64,000 nt of DNA from Lama guanicoe (lineage: Eukaryota), in contig MU054323.1 of the NCBI GenBank assembly GCA_013239625.1, positions 10,199,186 to 10,263,185 of the forward strand, written 5' to 3'. Both the position numbers and the translations under genes were made by a program. The notes beneath the pieces are model-generated. The model did not search any database and was not told where the DNA came from. It worked only from the letters and a program-made list of their open reading frames with translations. Of this stretch, positions 27,561-41,261 are shown piece by piece (within the stretch, counting starts at the first letter, position 1; each line of letters begins with the position of its first letter).

Positions 27561-30539
27561 AGACAATAAAGGGACAGAAGAAATGTATTTGGCTTTAGGC
27601 TACTGTTCTGTACAGATTGCTGGCTGCTTTCTGCGGTTGTTTGAAGGCGTGTTCTGGAACAGTATGATTTCCATGATCTAATTCAAGTAGGACAAGGTAT
27701 TCCCAAATATTTCTGGTTCTATTTTTTACTCAGCCGTATGGTTCTTACATCCATGATTTTATCTAAAGCCTTTGCTAGGCTGTAGGCATCATGGCTACGT
27801 GGCTGAAGAATCACTTCTGTCGAGCTATGAAGTTATTGTGTATTCTTTGTTGTTCGACTCCAGATGGCCTGTTTTCCGGTAGCACGCCTGTACGGTATGA
27901 TCAGAAGCCTTCCAAGAGTCATCAGCTTCTACTTGCTAACTGCTAACCCATTTCTGACATGCATGTGGGAACAAAGGATGCGTCAGAAGAAGTGTGGAAT
28001 GGGTCTCTAATAATACTATTAATTCCTGGACAGAAAAAAGTACTACTTGGTGGTGTTTTCATATTTTCAACTGGTTTCATGAAGGTCCTGATCTTTGGTC
28101 AAGAAAGAAGGACATGGAAAATAAACAACTGGATTGTATTAAACACAGGATCTGGCTAGGGGGTCATGGCTTAGGATGCCAGAACAGTGGGTCAGGGTGG
28201 GAGATGGAAGCTGTTAGTGCCACTGTCTTCATCCAGAAGGTTTAAATTGACTTTTGAGGCACAATGGTGCATAAAATGCCCTAATAAAACCATGAAAGCA
28301 TAACATACATGACATCAAAAAGAAGAAAAATAGTGGGATATATAGCCAGTGCATCTCAAGAGAAATACAGTGAGGGAGACCAGGAATAGTATGTATGGCT
28401 CTGGAAATGTCTTTCGTTGATGTGCATGGAATGGTTGCTTAAAAAAGTGATCTTGAATTTAATGGCAAGAAAGTAATGTAGTATCAGAGACCAATCCAAG
28501 AATTGGCGGCATGACACATATTTCTTGAAATGGCAATAAACCATGTCCAAAGGAAACAGATCTAACAGAAAAATGGGTGTGTGGATCTGATGGGGCGTTC
28601 CACTCTGAATTCAGGAGGTGCGTGCATGGGAGTCTGTGACTCTTAAGGCAGATGTGGGCTAGAGGAGGGGAATAATGAAGTCACCTGTCGTGGGGGTGCG
28701 CCGCAGACCTCACAGCCAGTTAGAGATGTAAAAGGTGCTTTCCTAAAACCGGTCAGCCCAGAGGAAAAGCTCTGATTGAGATGGACAATTTCTCCTAATA
28801 GTTGCCTTTTGCTTATAAAGCAGATCATCTGATACATTCTTGATTTAATCTTTGACAACCTCATTTCTAAAAAAGATTAAAGGAGCAACAAACTATTACT
28901 GTGGAATCTAATTCCGGCCTTTGGTGACTATTCGCAGATTTGGAGTGACAGAAATCTTGAGAGCATGTGATCCTTTATCCATCCTGTTATCTTTTTATCT
29001 CCAGTAACAGAGCACTGGATATAGTAAAAATGTATCATGCCTCTAGGAAAGCAGATTTTAAAAAGTCAGAGGAAAGATGGATCTGATCCTCAGCCAGAGA
29101 ATCGGGATGCTTGGTGACTACTAACGTAGTAGTACGTTACTACGTATAAAACGTAGTAATGATCTCAGAAAAAGTAGAGACGACCTCAGGGAGAAGTAAA
29201 AGGAGAGATCCCAAGTTACCAAGGTGACCAAACGGGGTGCTCTCAGGTGAGCCCTGACTTAGGGGATGTAGACAAAAGATGGAAAGCGGCTCTAACCACG
29301 GACTAATTCCAAAAAGAGCACAACCTTGTCATGTCTGAGCAACAATAAAGCCCAGAGCTGAGATTTTTGGAAGGTTCTGGACACAGCAAAAAGGGCAAGA
29401 GCAGCAGTGACAGGGCTGACCCCGCTTTGACGCAGAGTGGCTTTGGGTGAGAACATAAAGAACTGGGCCTGACTTTGCTTTTGCTCATTTCTCTCAAGCA
29501 CCGTGACCTGTGAGCTGGGACGGTTTAGAATCAAGAGGGCGATCTGAAGACCGAAACGAAGTGACAGCCAAAGGAGGAGCCCATGTGAGCTCACGGCCTG
29601 GGTTTAGGAATGGTTTGGGGAAGCTGGGCCAGTGTATTTCTTGATCTTTAGCGTCTTCATTTTTATTGGGGAGGAAAGCATAACTTGTCATCTGCTTCTA
29701 CGCTTTTCTGTCCCTGAAACTCATACAGCTTCCCTCATTTTCTACATTGTATTTACACATTCTAATTATTAGGAACATGTCTTACACTCTTTAAAGACGG
29801 GTTAATAAATGCTTACTAGTTCACCAGGTTGTTATTGACTAAATTGGGAGCAAATCATTAGGAAGAGCTTTGCAAAGAGCCTAACAATCTATTTGACTTT
29901 ACAAAGTCATCGACAGGCACATGGAAATACGTGTCATCTCTAATGTCTCTAGCATTACACGTGAACTTGATGTCCCAGTCCAAACACCATTTAAATACAA
30001 GATCATATAGAGTGGAAGAAATGAAGTACAGAGGTTAAAAAAAATCAATATTCTTCATTTCAGAGTAGTTTAGAAAAAAATAATTTATCCAATAAATATT
30101 TACTGTGCCGCTCTATCCATCAGGGATCTGAAGATAAATAAAATAGGGTCCTTGCCTTCGAGTCACCCATAGTCAGGTATGTGAAAATATAAACTACTTA
30201 AGCTTCCCTTAAGGAGCCCAGTCTCCTAGAAGAGGGAAATGTTAATATAATGTAGGACTTGAAAGCTCCCCTGCCAGACACAGGCAGCAGCCCCTGCAGG
30301 GGGTCGGGAAGCGCTCCCCTGGGTCTCCGGCGCTGGTATGGATGTTTTATGATGCCCGCTTTACACGTGGGGCAGAGGAAGCCCTGACATAGTAATCATC
30401 TTAGAGACGAACAAGCTGAACCATCCCAATAGCTCAAGAGAGACCTATTGTTCTGCTCTGAAGGGGAGAGCTGGGACTTTGAGACATGGGGCAAAGCATC
30501 ACACAGAAGGCGAGGGAAGAGCAGGGTGACCCAGACTTA

Positions 30540-30925
<386 letters not shown>

Positions 30926-31759
30926 CAGGAGCCAGGATGGGGTGGGGGGGTGGGTAGGAGAGGAAGATGCTCCCCCCCAACACTTATTCTGCCCATTCCT
31001 CCACCTCAACCTTCATAAACATTTGAAGATGTATAAATGAGCCCCAAACACATACCCCCAAATGTATAAACAATATAAACAAGCCTATGAGGAAATCAAG
31101 GGGGACAATGTGTTAAAAATGCTCTATTTAAATGTTTAAAAATATTTTTAAAAATTTGTTTTCTTCAAGAAGACCTAGACCTGAAGTGGACTGAAAAAGG
31201 AAAATGCTGGGCAGTTGAAGAGCCCCCTCCAGCTTTTCCACACTGTCTTTTTTGAGCAGAAAGCCATCCCCCAACTCTGGCACACAGCCCGCCTGGCAGC
31301 CCGCCTGGTTTCCGCAGCACAGCCGGGTTGAGCCCAGGGAAGTCTTCTCTGAGGGCTGCGTTAACCCTGAAATACCTGCGTCTGCAGCAGCGCGAGCTCG
31401 TGCAGGGTCACATTCACCATGCTGTTCTGCGCTGATTATACCACGTCTCCAAGTGAACCCCGAGGCCCCCGAGGCAGGGCCTTCAGCACCCACTCCCAGG
31501 GTCTGCAGCATGATGCTTAGCATGCTGCCGTGGCTCAGTGAACACTGGGGCCTCCGGGGACTGATCTCAGCTGAACTAGGGTTCACCCAGATGCCTGTGG
31601 AGTTTTCTCTACCACCGATCAGGACGGCCCTGAGACTCCCTGCAACAAGAGCATGGATCTGGGGGAGGCGGAGAGGAGTCATGCTTGTCTAGAGCATTCT
31701 CAGTTCTGGGGGAGACAACTTAGGGAGAGAGATAGCCTCTGCCCATGGAACATCAGGCA

Positions 31760-31960
31760 GTGCCTTACGTGCAATAGAGCAAGTCCAAGTACATGATCTC
31801 CACTGATGCAACATCCTGTGTGGTCAGTAGGGAAGAGAGGTTATCTTCATATTAAAGATGAGAAGGCTGAGGGCTCGGAGATGCTAAGTGACTCACTCCA
31901 GGTCACACAGCTAAGAGCGGGGAGCCCAACCTGCCCTGAGCTAGGCTTTAAGGACCTGGG
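31760..31960 (-). mobile_element. MIR SINE fragment
   Basis: agatgagaaggctgagggctcggagatgctaagtgactcactccaggtcacacagctaag. Confidence 0.7.
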
Positions 31961-32099
31961 TTGGGGGAGGCAGGCTTCTAGGAGTTAAATTTGAACTTCT
32001 TGGGAGAACCTGTCAGAGAAGGGCCAGCGAATCCATGGACCCAAGTGAATAAGATACAGCACACAGATGCTGTGAGAGCACTTTTCAGTGGTCTGTTGA

Positions 32100-32252
32100 G
32101 CTGAGCTGAGCTGGGCTTCATCCTGCTGGTCCCTTACTAGCTGTGTGACCTGGGACTGACTGTTTTGCCTCTGTCAAAGCTGTAGTGTCCTCATCTGGGA
32201 AAGGGGCTTTAGACTATCAGCCTCACTGGATTGTTATGAGGACCCACAGAAA
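32100..32252 (+). mobile_element. MIR SINE, split by the outer ERV (remainder at ~45064-45092)
   Basis: cttactagctgtgtgacctggg..cctctg..tcctcatctg..aa.gggg..cctcactggattgttatgagga; after the ERV the sequence reads ..gagtgctttagaaa. Confidence 0.7.
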
Positions 32253-32690
32253 TGTTACCAAGCTCAAGTTCGTGTGCCCGACTCTGAAGCTTTGGAGTTT
32301 GGAGCAGAGAAAGGTTTATTGCTGGGCTGAGCTGGGAGAACTGAGGATGTCTCATGCCCCTCAGACCCCGAACTCTCCAAAGGGTTTCAGCTGAGCATTT
32401 TTAAAGACCAGCTGAGAGAAGGGCAAACCAGGGTATGTGATCAGCTGTGCACAATGTGTGTGTCTGACTGATGGTGATCAATCCTTTGGCACCAGGAGGT
32501 CTGGGGGCTATGTGCTCATGATCATTAAGTAGTTAATTTCTTCCACTTGGTGGTGTTTTTTTTTAACATCTGAAAAACTCAGGAAACATGCATGAGAAAC
32601 TATTCTCTGGGTACTTCAGAGAGGTACAACAGAGGATATGGGGGAAGGGGTCTGTCCTGGGAAGGCCCCATAGGGTCTTGCTTGGTTACA
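32253..32690 (-). repeat. 3' LTR of outer ERV
   Basis: tgttacc...ggttaca; AATAAA on the minus strand at 32315-32320; homologous to 44662-45063. Confidence 0.9.
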
Positions 32691-32799
32691 GTCTGCCCCT
32701 CTTTTTTTTGATACTCCTCAATCTTGAAGAAAACAGGTGTTGGACAAGAAGAGGAATATTCTGGACAGAGAGGTTAATCATCAGCTTGGCAGAGGAATT

Positions 32800-33190
32800 A
32801 GATTTCAGTCTCCAGTCCTATTTCATTCCTCCCCAGATCTTTCAGGGAATGGGGCAGAGACTGCTCTGGCGAGTTCCTGCTGAAACAGGTCATAGCCCTA
32901 CCTTGATTTGGGAAATGGACACCGAGTTGGAAATATACCCGAGTTCCAAGTCCTGGATTCAAGTCTTGCATGATTAAGAACCCATTCCCTGAGGAATTTA
33001 GGAGAATAAGCCTGAAAACCAGTCTGGACCTGGCATTCTGGGGGAGACTTGTAGCCAGCTGTCTACTTTTATCTGAATAGGTCTTAACTTTTGATGCAGT
33101 ATTAACATATATATAACAGGAGCTACTGGCCACTACATGTCTCCCTTTTCCTGCTAATATCTGACCCAAAACAATTTTATTGTCTAAAAA
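32800..33190 (-). pseudogene. env transmembrane-subunit remnant of outer ERV
   Basis: LDNKIVLGQILAGKGRHVVASSSCYIYVNTASKV resembles a decayed immunosuppressive domain plus CX6CC region of gamma-type Env (ORF 32798..33169). Confidence 0.7.
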
Positions 33191-33498
33191 TTTAAGTTAC
33201 AAGAGGAGAACTTGAGGTCACAAGGTTACAGCTGCCATCTGCCAGCAGACACTGCTTTGAGAATGGCCAGTGGCATCCTTAGTATGACACAGCTCAGAAA
33301 ATTTGAGTTCAACAATACAGGAATGTGTCTTAAATCACATCTACAATGGCCACCTAGTTTTACCTTAGATGTCTGAACCACAGCTACTCCATTTTGACTT
33401 TCAAATGCATTCCGCTCCTCAAGACCAAAGCAGATGTATAATGCATGCCCGAAAGGCCATAAAACAGGCCATTTTGGTCAGTAAAGTTTCAGTCAAAC

Positions 33499-33961
33499 TG
33501 TGAAGGAAAAGCCGGGCTGGTCTAACAAGATAACTCACAAGTCTAGGAATGTGAAGGAGAGGCTGGGCTGGTCTAACAAGATACCTCACAATCTAAGTAT
33601 CGGAATACTGATCTGAGTTCTGCTGGACTAACTTGTAAATCTAAGTTAATTAGCGTTGGTTTGCTGTTCATGTTTTTTTGCTAGCCAGCTGGATTTTCAA
33701 AGATATATATCTGGCTTTGGAATGTTGGTTTGCTGCCTCCCTGCCTCCACTTTTGTGATAATGATGCTGCTAAAGCTGTTCCATGCCTATTGGCTGAATA
33801 CCCCAAGCTTGTACTTTACCCTATAAAACCTCATGCACACGTCTTGGAGGTGCTCAGAGCTTCGGAGCAGAAGCCCCTCTGAGCCTGCGGTGTAATACAT
33901 CTGAGTACTCCAGCCCTCCGGGTGGTGCTTGTTTCTTGGCTGGCCTGTCATTTCTGTAACA
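33499..33961 (+). mobile_element. ERV1-type solo LTR (463 bp) nested in the outer ERV
   Basis: tgtgaagg...tgtaaca; TSD aaac (33495-33498, 33962-33965); TATAAAA at 33822; decayed poly-A signal AATACA at 33894. Confidence 0.85.
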
Positions 33962-34592
33962 AAACCATGTACAAGCCAGAATGACTTCCCCACACCTCAA
34001 TATGTGCAGATTTTCCCATCATTTCCCCTTTGGATTGCAAATCTTTCAACAGAAAGTATTGATGATCAAAATATCTGTCCCTGGATGCTGGGGTGGTGGC
34101 TCCTGACCCAAATTTAGATCATGTCCCTGGGTGCTAGGCCTCCTTTATGTTTGCCTAGTTATCTACATTGGGGGAAAACTAATCAGATATCGTGAACAAG
34201 CTCAGAGGTATGTTAATGGAGAAACACATTATAGGCCAAACACTTTATCACTTACACCCAGTTGTTACACAAGCATTGTACACATGCTTTTAGCAATGAA
34301 CTTAAAGCAAGCATTGAGTAGTTATACTCTGTGACAACCCCATTAGAGAGTTCTCTTTCTGTTCTGAACAGTGGCGGCAACAGTGTGGTTAAAAGTAAAA
34401 CAGTAACTTTCAATATTGATAGGGAAACAAACATTTGATAAACAGTTCAATTTAAAAAAACATAGATTAAAAGCCAGCAATATTCCAGACAAAACCAAAA
34501 GACTAGAAACACATTCATTAGTCCCCCTAACCCTTCTACCAATCAATAGTCTCATGAAATCAAGAGTTTTCATTAGACTTCAAATATCCTAC

Positions 34593-35087
34593 TGTGAACG
34601 AAAACACTGCAATGTGAGTGAAAATACTGCAAACATATCAGTAAACAAAGAATGTTGAAACCAAGTCATCAGTGGCTGCCGCCACCCCCCAGTGGGGACA
34701 GGCCTGCAGCCCAGCCTCTGCAGCCACTCACAATGGTGCCCTCTCAGTGGACTCAGAATAAGAAAGAACAGGATACTGGCCCTAGATAGCTAGGTGCTTG
34801 TCAAAGGAATGAATTCAGTGAGCCCAAATGTTTGCTTCCTCCCATACATAGAAAAGCACTAAATTCTTTAACTTGAAATGCCTGGTTTTCTTTAGATAAC
34901 AAGTAATCTTTTATTGTTCCAACTACCTGGTCTTTGTTGTAAAGCTCCTATATATCCTAGCTCCTCCCCTGCCTCTTCGGGGCAGTCCCTCAGAGTGATC
35001 TGAGAGGCTGTCATCCCCAGCTCGAGTCCTTCCACCAAATAAAACATAACTTTTAACTTTTAGGCTGCACGTTTATTTCAGTCAACA
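34593..35087 (+). repeat. 5' LTR of inner ERV (495 bp)
   Basis: TG..CA ends, TATA-like tatatat at 34949, AATAAA at 35038. Confidence 0.95.
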
Positions 35088-35091
35088 GTTT

Positions 35092-35109
35092 TGGTGACCA
35101 CGAAGGGAC
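35092..35109 (+). other. Primer-binding site complementary to the tRNA-Arg(TCG) 3' end
   Basis: TGGTGACCACGAAGGGAC versus expected TGGCGACCACGAAGGGAC (recalled tRNA sequence); 17/18, mismatch at a CpG. Confidence 0.8.
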
Positions 35110-35299
35110 CCAGAGCAGACTTCTCTCCGCCTGAACTCCACAAGGAACCGGAGCCTTGGTACCAGCAGAGGCCCTTCGTGCCCAGCCGCCTCCTCGTGGA
35201 GTCCAAACGAATTTGGGTGAGTCTCTCCTGGTTCTCGGATCTCCCATATTGGTTGATGATCCTGAGTTTTATTTGGCAGTGTATCCAGGTACCTGGCCC

Positions 35300-35432
35300 T
35301 CCAGTTGAAACATACTGGGGGGAAATACCCACCTTGGGGAGACGTCCGAGGTGGGGCTGGTTGAAAGATACCAGAGGAATACCCACTCAGTGGAGACGTC
35401 CCAAGTGGGGCCCAGTTGAAAGATACTGGGGT
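35300..35432 (+). repeat. ~55-bp tandem repeat (about 2.4 copies) in inner ERV leader
   Basis: gttgaaa.atac..g.ggaaatacccac....ggagacgtcc..agtggggc repeated. Confidence 0.75.
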
Positions 35433-38400
35433 CTGGACTGAGTGGTTAGGTAAGAGGCTGGTCTAACGCTTTCCTCAATTTGGCTACCTCCATTAAATTT
35501 GTCAGGATAAAAGCAAAACTCTTATGAGAAACCTTTCGACTCCAAAAATGGGGCCCTCCTCCTGGCTGGCAACAGCCTTCTCAAGTGACTGAGAAACTTA
35601 GGAGGAGTTTGCAGGAGTGGCAGAAGCAAAGACCTCATGCCGTGCAGGTGTCCCTGTGGGAAAACCTACTACCAATGTTATTCTGACAACCCGATCTTAA
35701 GATGGGGAATAGAACTTTCAAAACAAAAGAAAAAGAAATGATAAATTGCCAGCCTCCAACTAATAACCTAGTCAGATTTATCTACGTACAAAACTTACAA
35801 CTTTAATTGGGAATTTAAAAATCTCACTCTGAAAATAACTAGCCAGGCCTGATAAAACATTTTTTGGAATTCTGACCTTATAAAAACAAAAGCCCCTTTA
35901 GGGGGAACTTGGATTTCTCTTCCTGTGTCCTTGAAATGTAGATGTTTTGTCTTCCTCTGGGTGTTTTATGTGTGAGTGTGTATGTATATATGTGTTTCCT
36001 TTTTTTTTTAAAGGAAAACTTGGACTCTGCCATGCAAAAGGTACAAGTATTGTGTACATATGGTGGCCAAGGAAATAAATTGGGATTCTCAACAGTTCTT
36101 TGATTATACCAATTCTCAGGCACTTTGCCATTTTTAACCTTTGTTGCATCAGCCTGGGCCACAAAGGCCTTTACCTTTTGGGGAGTAAACTTTTGAATTT
36201 TATTTAGGCAACATCCCCACTCTCATGTGGAAAAGCCTCTTCATCTTATTGGTTTAAAATCACTATATATGTATATTGATGGCCAAATGATGGATCCTTT
36301 AATTTGGAAAAACTTCTAAATTGGTGAAAATTAAGAGAGCTCTCATTATAAACAGCTGTTTTATTGGTACCTATTAAAATCAATCAAGTTTAAAGGTGGG
36401 AAAATATATCTAATGGTTAACCTAAGAACTTAGTTTAAAAGAGGGAAAAGACCGGTTTGGAAAGCTACATTTGTGTTTTCCCTTTCCCCTCAATGGTTTG
36501 AGAGATGCTAATAAAAACATTAGAATAATTAATGTTAATTAGGTTGAGTAACTGAAAAAAGGAATGTAAAAATGTCAAAAGATTTTTTCTTAACAACAAC
36601 AACAAAAAAAGGGACTTACCCCAAACGGATAAATATTTTTAGATGGTTATTTTGAATGGGATAAATAAAATGGACATTTTTGGATTAAGATACAAGGTTT
36701 TGATACTACACTATGTAAAGTTAAAAAAAAAAAAAGGCCAAAGAGATCACCTACCGGTCCCCAACGTTGAAGTTCAAACAAGTCCGCTTTATTTACCCCA
36801 GTTTAAAATGTATACATTTATAGGGCTGGAAAACAATTTCTATAGACTGAGATACTTGATCAATGATTGGGGCAACAGACCAATTAATCAGATGAAAAAT
36901 TTACAAGGGCCTAAGTCCTTTGGCTCAAACTTGGTGATCCCAGAGACTTTCATATAAAATTAGATAAAGTGGACAAGAAAAAAAAAAAGGCTTCTGGCAC
37001 TCTTTCTAAAAATAAGAAATATTGATTAGACCTAATGAATATTAAAATTAAAGGTATAAGAGTTAATAAAATTGAGACAGAAGTTTGTAAAATTGGTATA
37101 TTTAAGTGGGCTTTATATAAACCTCTTTTGCTTAATTACGTTGTGGGATAGGTATGTTTCAATGGAAAAACGCTTCCCCTTTTCTTGGTATTATAAGGCT
37201 GGGCACATATCTGTCCCTCAGAAAATATTAATTAAACAAGCTAAAGGAAACCAATAGAGTTGCCTGAGCTATCCAATATAAAGTAAAACAAAAAACTAAT
37301 ATTCAGGGGCTAATAAAAATAAGAGATTTACCCTGGGTTTAACTTATAACTCAAGGAAAAAGAGATCTTACTAAATGCCTTCTGCAAGCTTTTGAAGACA
37401 TGATAAAAGTAAACCTTAAAGTTTCAAAACATGGAATTCTTTGTTTAGAGCTCTTCTCACTGATACAAAAAAGCAAATTAAGGAGATACAATCTGGCCTA
37501 GGTGACAGACCAGTTCTTTGGGGAACTGGAAGCAACTGTCTTTGTCTTGCAGATCAGAAATGTGAATACAGCAAACAATGACCTAGGACTGAGCCTAATT
37601 AGCTCAATGAGATAAACTTAAGGCCAAAGAAATTTCTGGCATTTTAGAACTCAGAACTCTGACAGGTCCTCCAGACTTTGTCAAGAAATGTTAAATGTCT
37701 TTTTCATAAATAGTAAGCCTTAGTGATTTGAGCAAGCAAATTCAGCTTACTCCAACTGTTTTTTATAAGCAGTAAATTTATATTGTAATACCTAGCTCCT
37801 AAGTAAGTTTTAAAGTGAAGCTATGAGATCTCTAGCTTTTGTCTGTTTATAAGTCTGGGTACACATTATAGATTTGAGATATTTATACTGCTGAAAAAAA
37901 AATCAAAGTCAAAGAGCTCTGCTTAATTGATGTAAAAATAAGAGCTTACAAATTAAGTATTTTTAAAATAAAAACTGACCAAATTGACTTTCAGGTTCAC
38001 ATGAACTGGAAAATATTTAATATTAAGTTATTGCTTGGTATTAAGTTTAGTTTAAGTTCGTTCTAATAAAGACATATTTAGAGTCATCAATATTAAGTAT
38101 AATACCCTTACTGTACCTAGGTTTAATGAAAGTCAAATAAGATCCTGTTGTATCTGTTGCAGATTTGTCATCATCATCATCATAATAATGTGTGATAAAA
38201 TTCTAAGTAAATTAAAATGCAAATGAGATGAGACCTTTTGGGTAAATTCTTTAAAATATATTTTTTAAAATGTATGCTTAAAATAATCTCTAAATATTTG
38301 GTATCTTTAAATTCTAGAGTTGTGCTTAATTAAGTTAAATGATGGGAGTTTATTAAATAGCTATGCTATTTTCAGATAAAGTAAGATTGAAATATTACTT

Positions 38401-41261
38401 AACATTTGACTTCCTCTTACAGAAAAACTAAAGGTGTTTAAAAATATTAATAAATGTTTGGCGCCACCCTGAAATATTCTCTGCTATTAAGGGAAACCTC
38501 TCAGCATCCTAGGAAAATAAGGTGAATGTGTAAAGGAAGATATAAAGAATGGAATTATATTTTGTTAATGGAAAACAGTAACTTTGTCCTGAAGCTGGTT
38601 ACTTCTGAATGAAAGAGAAAATAAGGGACAAAATAATATGAGTATAGAAACTTATGGAAGGCTTGTGGAAGAGGAACCCTCAGGAAAGAGTCTTGTACAT
38701 GGTCAGGATTGGCTAAGTTTAGAATGAATTTGGTCAAAGTAAAAGAATCTTAGAAGTAACCCGGTAAAAGACTAGATTTGGTTTTCTCTCTGTTAAATGG
38801 ACAAAGTTTTCTTAAAATGTTAATCTGCCTTCAGTAATAGATTGTAAAGCTACTCATACCCCTTAAGTGATCTGTTCTGCCTTTACATTTGAAATATTTT
38901 CTTGTTAATGAATAAGTACTCTTTCAAAGTAATGTATACTTTTATCTGACCAAGTGTTTTGAAACCTTTTAACAAGCTTCCCAAATATCAATTTCTGATT
39001 AAAGTTCTTTTGACCTCCAGTTAACTTTGGGATACTACAGAGGGCCCCTGAAACATCCCAAAGAGAGATTTTTAACTAGTAAGCTTCATTTGGTATGTTA
39101 AATAACATGGGAAGTATTGTCAAATGAATAATAAATCTTCCTAGGTTATATTGTATGAGAAAATATTATTACTATAGATATTCTAGAATTTATATGGACT
39201 CCCTAAAATTCTGATATATCTGAAATGTCACCAGTCATAATTCTGGTTATTGTGACCAGGTTTCTTTATCGATTACAGTGTAACAGTGTTTAACCATGCT
39301 TTTAAATCTTTTGTCATTTATAGACAGTTATTGTTTTATTCTGATGATTTTACAAAATGCTTTCTCTTCAGGAGATTTACTGGTTTCTAATAAAATTCAA
39401 ACTATTGCACTGAACTAAACTGGGTAAGAAATTTTAACGGTCTAATGAAAACTCTTGATTTCGTAACACTGTTAACAAAAGGATTAGTTACATGGGACTG
39501 AGTAAACTGATGAATATGGTTATAATTTTTTATTTTGTCTGAAATATTGCTGGCTTTAATCTGTTTCCCAGACATAAAGAAACTCTTCTCTTTAAGCTAG
39601 TTATGATTCACAGCAATTTGATGAATTATACCTATGTAAGCAGACTTTGAACAGTTATCTTTTCTATCTGATCCCTCCAGAGACTGGAAACTCTTAGGTC
39701 CCCAGTGGCTCTATCAAATAAATTAAAAAGATCATCTCCTAACAGATATAGGAATCTCAAGGTATTTTAAGAACCTTAACGAGAAAAAAATTTACCTAAA
39801 TCTGTAAGGCAAAAATCTATGACAACCCCTTGACGTGGCTTTCCTGGCCTTAGGAAACCTTATTAACATTCTAGTCTGAGATTCCTTATTAAAAGTTCCA
39901 ACACAGCCAATTTAAAAGAGCTATATGATCAAATAATTAGACTTAACTTGTAAATAAATTAATCTTGATTTGACTATATTTGATAAAAATGAGGGAACGT
40001 TAGACAGAAAAAGATTATATTTTAGTGGATATTAAATTCTAGTTTTGTTAATTGAGGTCTATATTTAAGATATTTCCCAAATCATTCCTTGCTGTTATGT
40101 TACATTGCTGCAAAGTTTAATTGAATTATTAAAACGACACTGTATGTTTGTTTCTGAAGCTCAATGATCTATTCTTGGGTAAAGATCCGATGCCCCATGA
40201 CCTGCGACCAGGGGATTATACATACTAGAACAGACATGTCTTAAAGAACTGTCTCCAACCTGAATGAAAGGACCCTTTACCAGGTACTCTTAACTAGACC
40301 ATGCACAGTGAAAGCTAAAGGAAATTGACTTTTGGATTAGTTTCCAGTCAGAGAGAGCCCCTGCAGTGGACTGGCCTATAGAGCACTGCTCACCTTAAAA
40401 CAATGCTCAAATGAAGAAAAAGCTACCAGGCCAGGATGAGAAGATGACGACATCTGAGGTAGACAGCTGACCCAAAACACTGGACCAGGCCTGTATACCA
40501 ATTACTTTGATATTTGCTCACACCTTTGATTATGAACTAATCCAACTGTTAGGTTTATGGTAAATTACCTATGTCTAGTACTTCTGTGTTACCTTGGTGG
40601 GTTTCCCTACTCCAAGGCCCTAACTAGATAGCCTTCAGAAAATGTATTCTAAAAAGGAATGATAGTTCTGTTTAGGCCACTATCGACATTACAAGGTGGG
40701 AGACCTCACCTGGCCAATTAATAATACCTGCTCTGAACCTGACCTTGAATATAAATTTTCTTATAAGATCACTCAAGCTCAATCAGAAACACAAGCCAAA
40801 TTTTAACCCCAAAATGTTAACTTCTTAACTATTAAATCCTTACTTGTGACTTTATTAACGTTACTAACTGTATTACTTATATCCTGTCTATTTTATAAAA
40901 TTGTTGTCTCCTCCACTTCCCAGTGTGTAACTAGGCCTCCAACAAGACTGATGATGGCTAAACATTTTGAGGAAATAGATAAAATTTATAACCCTGCATA
41001 AAATAATTGTAATAGTGTGATTCTAGGTATGGGAATGAGCAACGAGGGGTAAACATCTCCTGGGTCCTAATAGACTAGTAAGACAGGTGATCCAGAAAAT
41101 TTTTAGTATCAACAGGGCCTGATTCAAAACTAGCACTTTGAGTGGCATGTCAACAGATGCTTCACCTGATCTAGGAATGAGCCTTCCTAGCACCATGGGA
41201 CAAAATTGGTCATGAAATGTCTCCCAAAATATTGGTCGAATTTAGGACCCAGAGGGAGCAC

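Noticed and set aside
32798..33169. Possible domesticated env (syncytin-like)
   Set aside because: Short, CX6CC motif destroyed, and the env region is interrupted by two insertions.
35300..35432. Repeat-spacer-like pattern suggestive of a CRISPR array
   Set aside because: Ordinary tandem duplication in an ERV leader within mammalian DNA; no unique spacers or cas genes.
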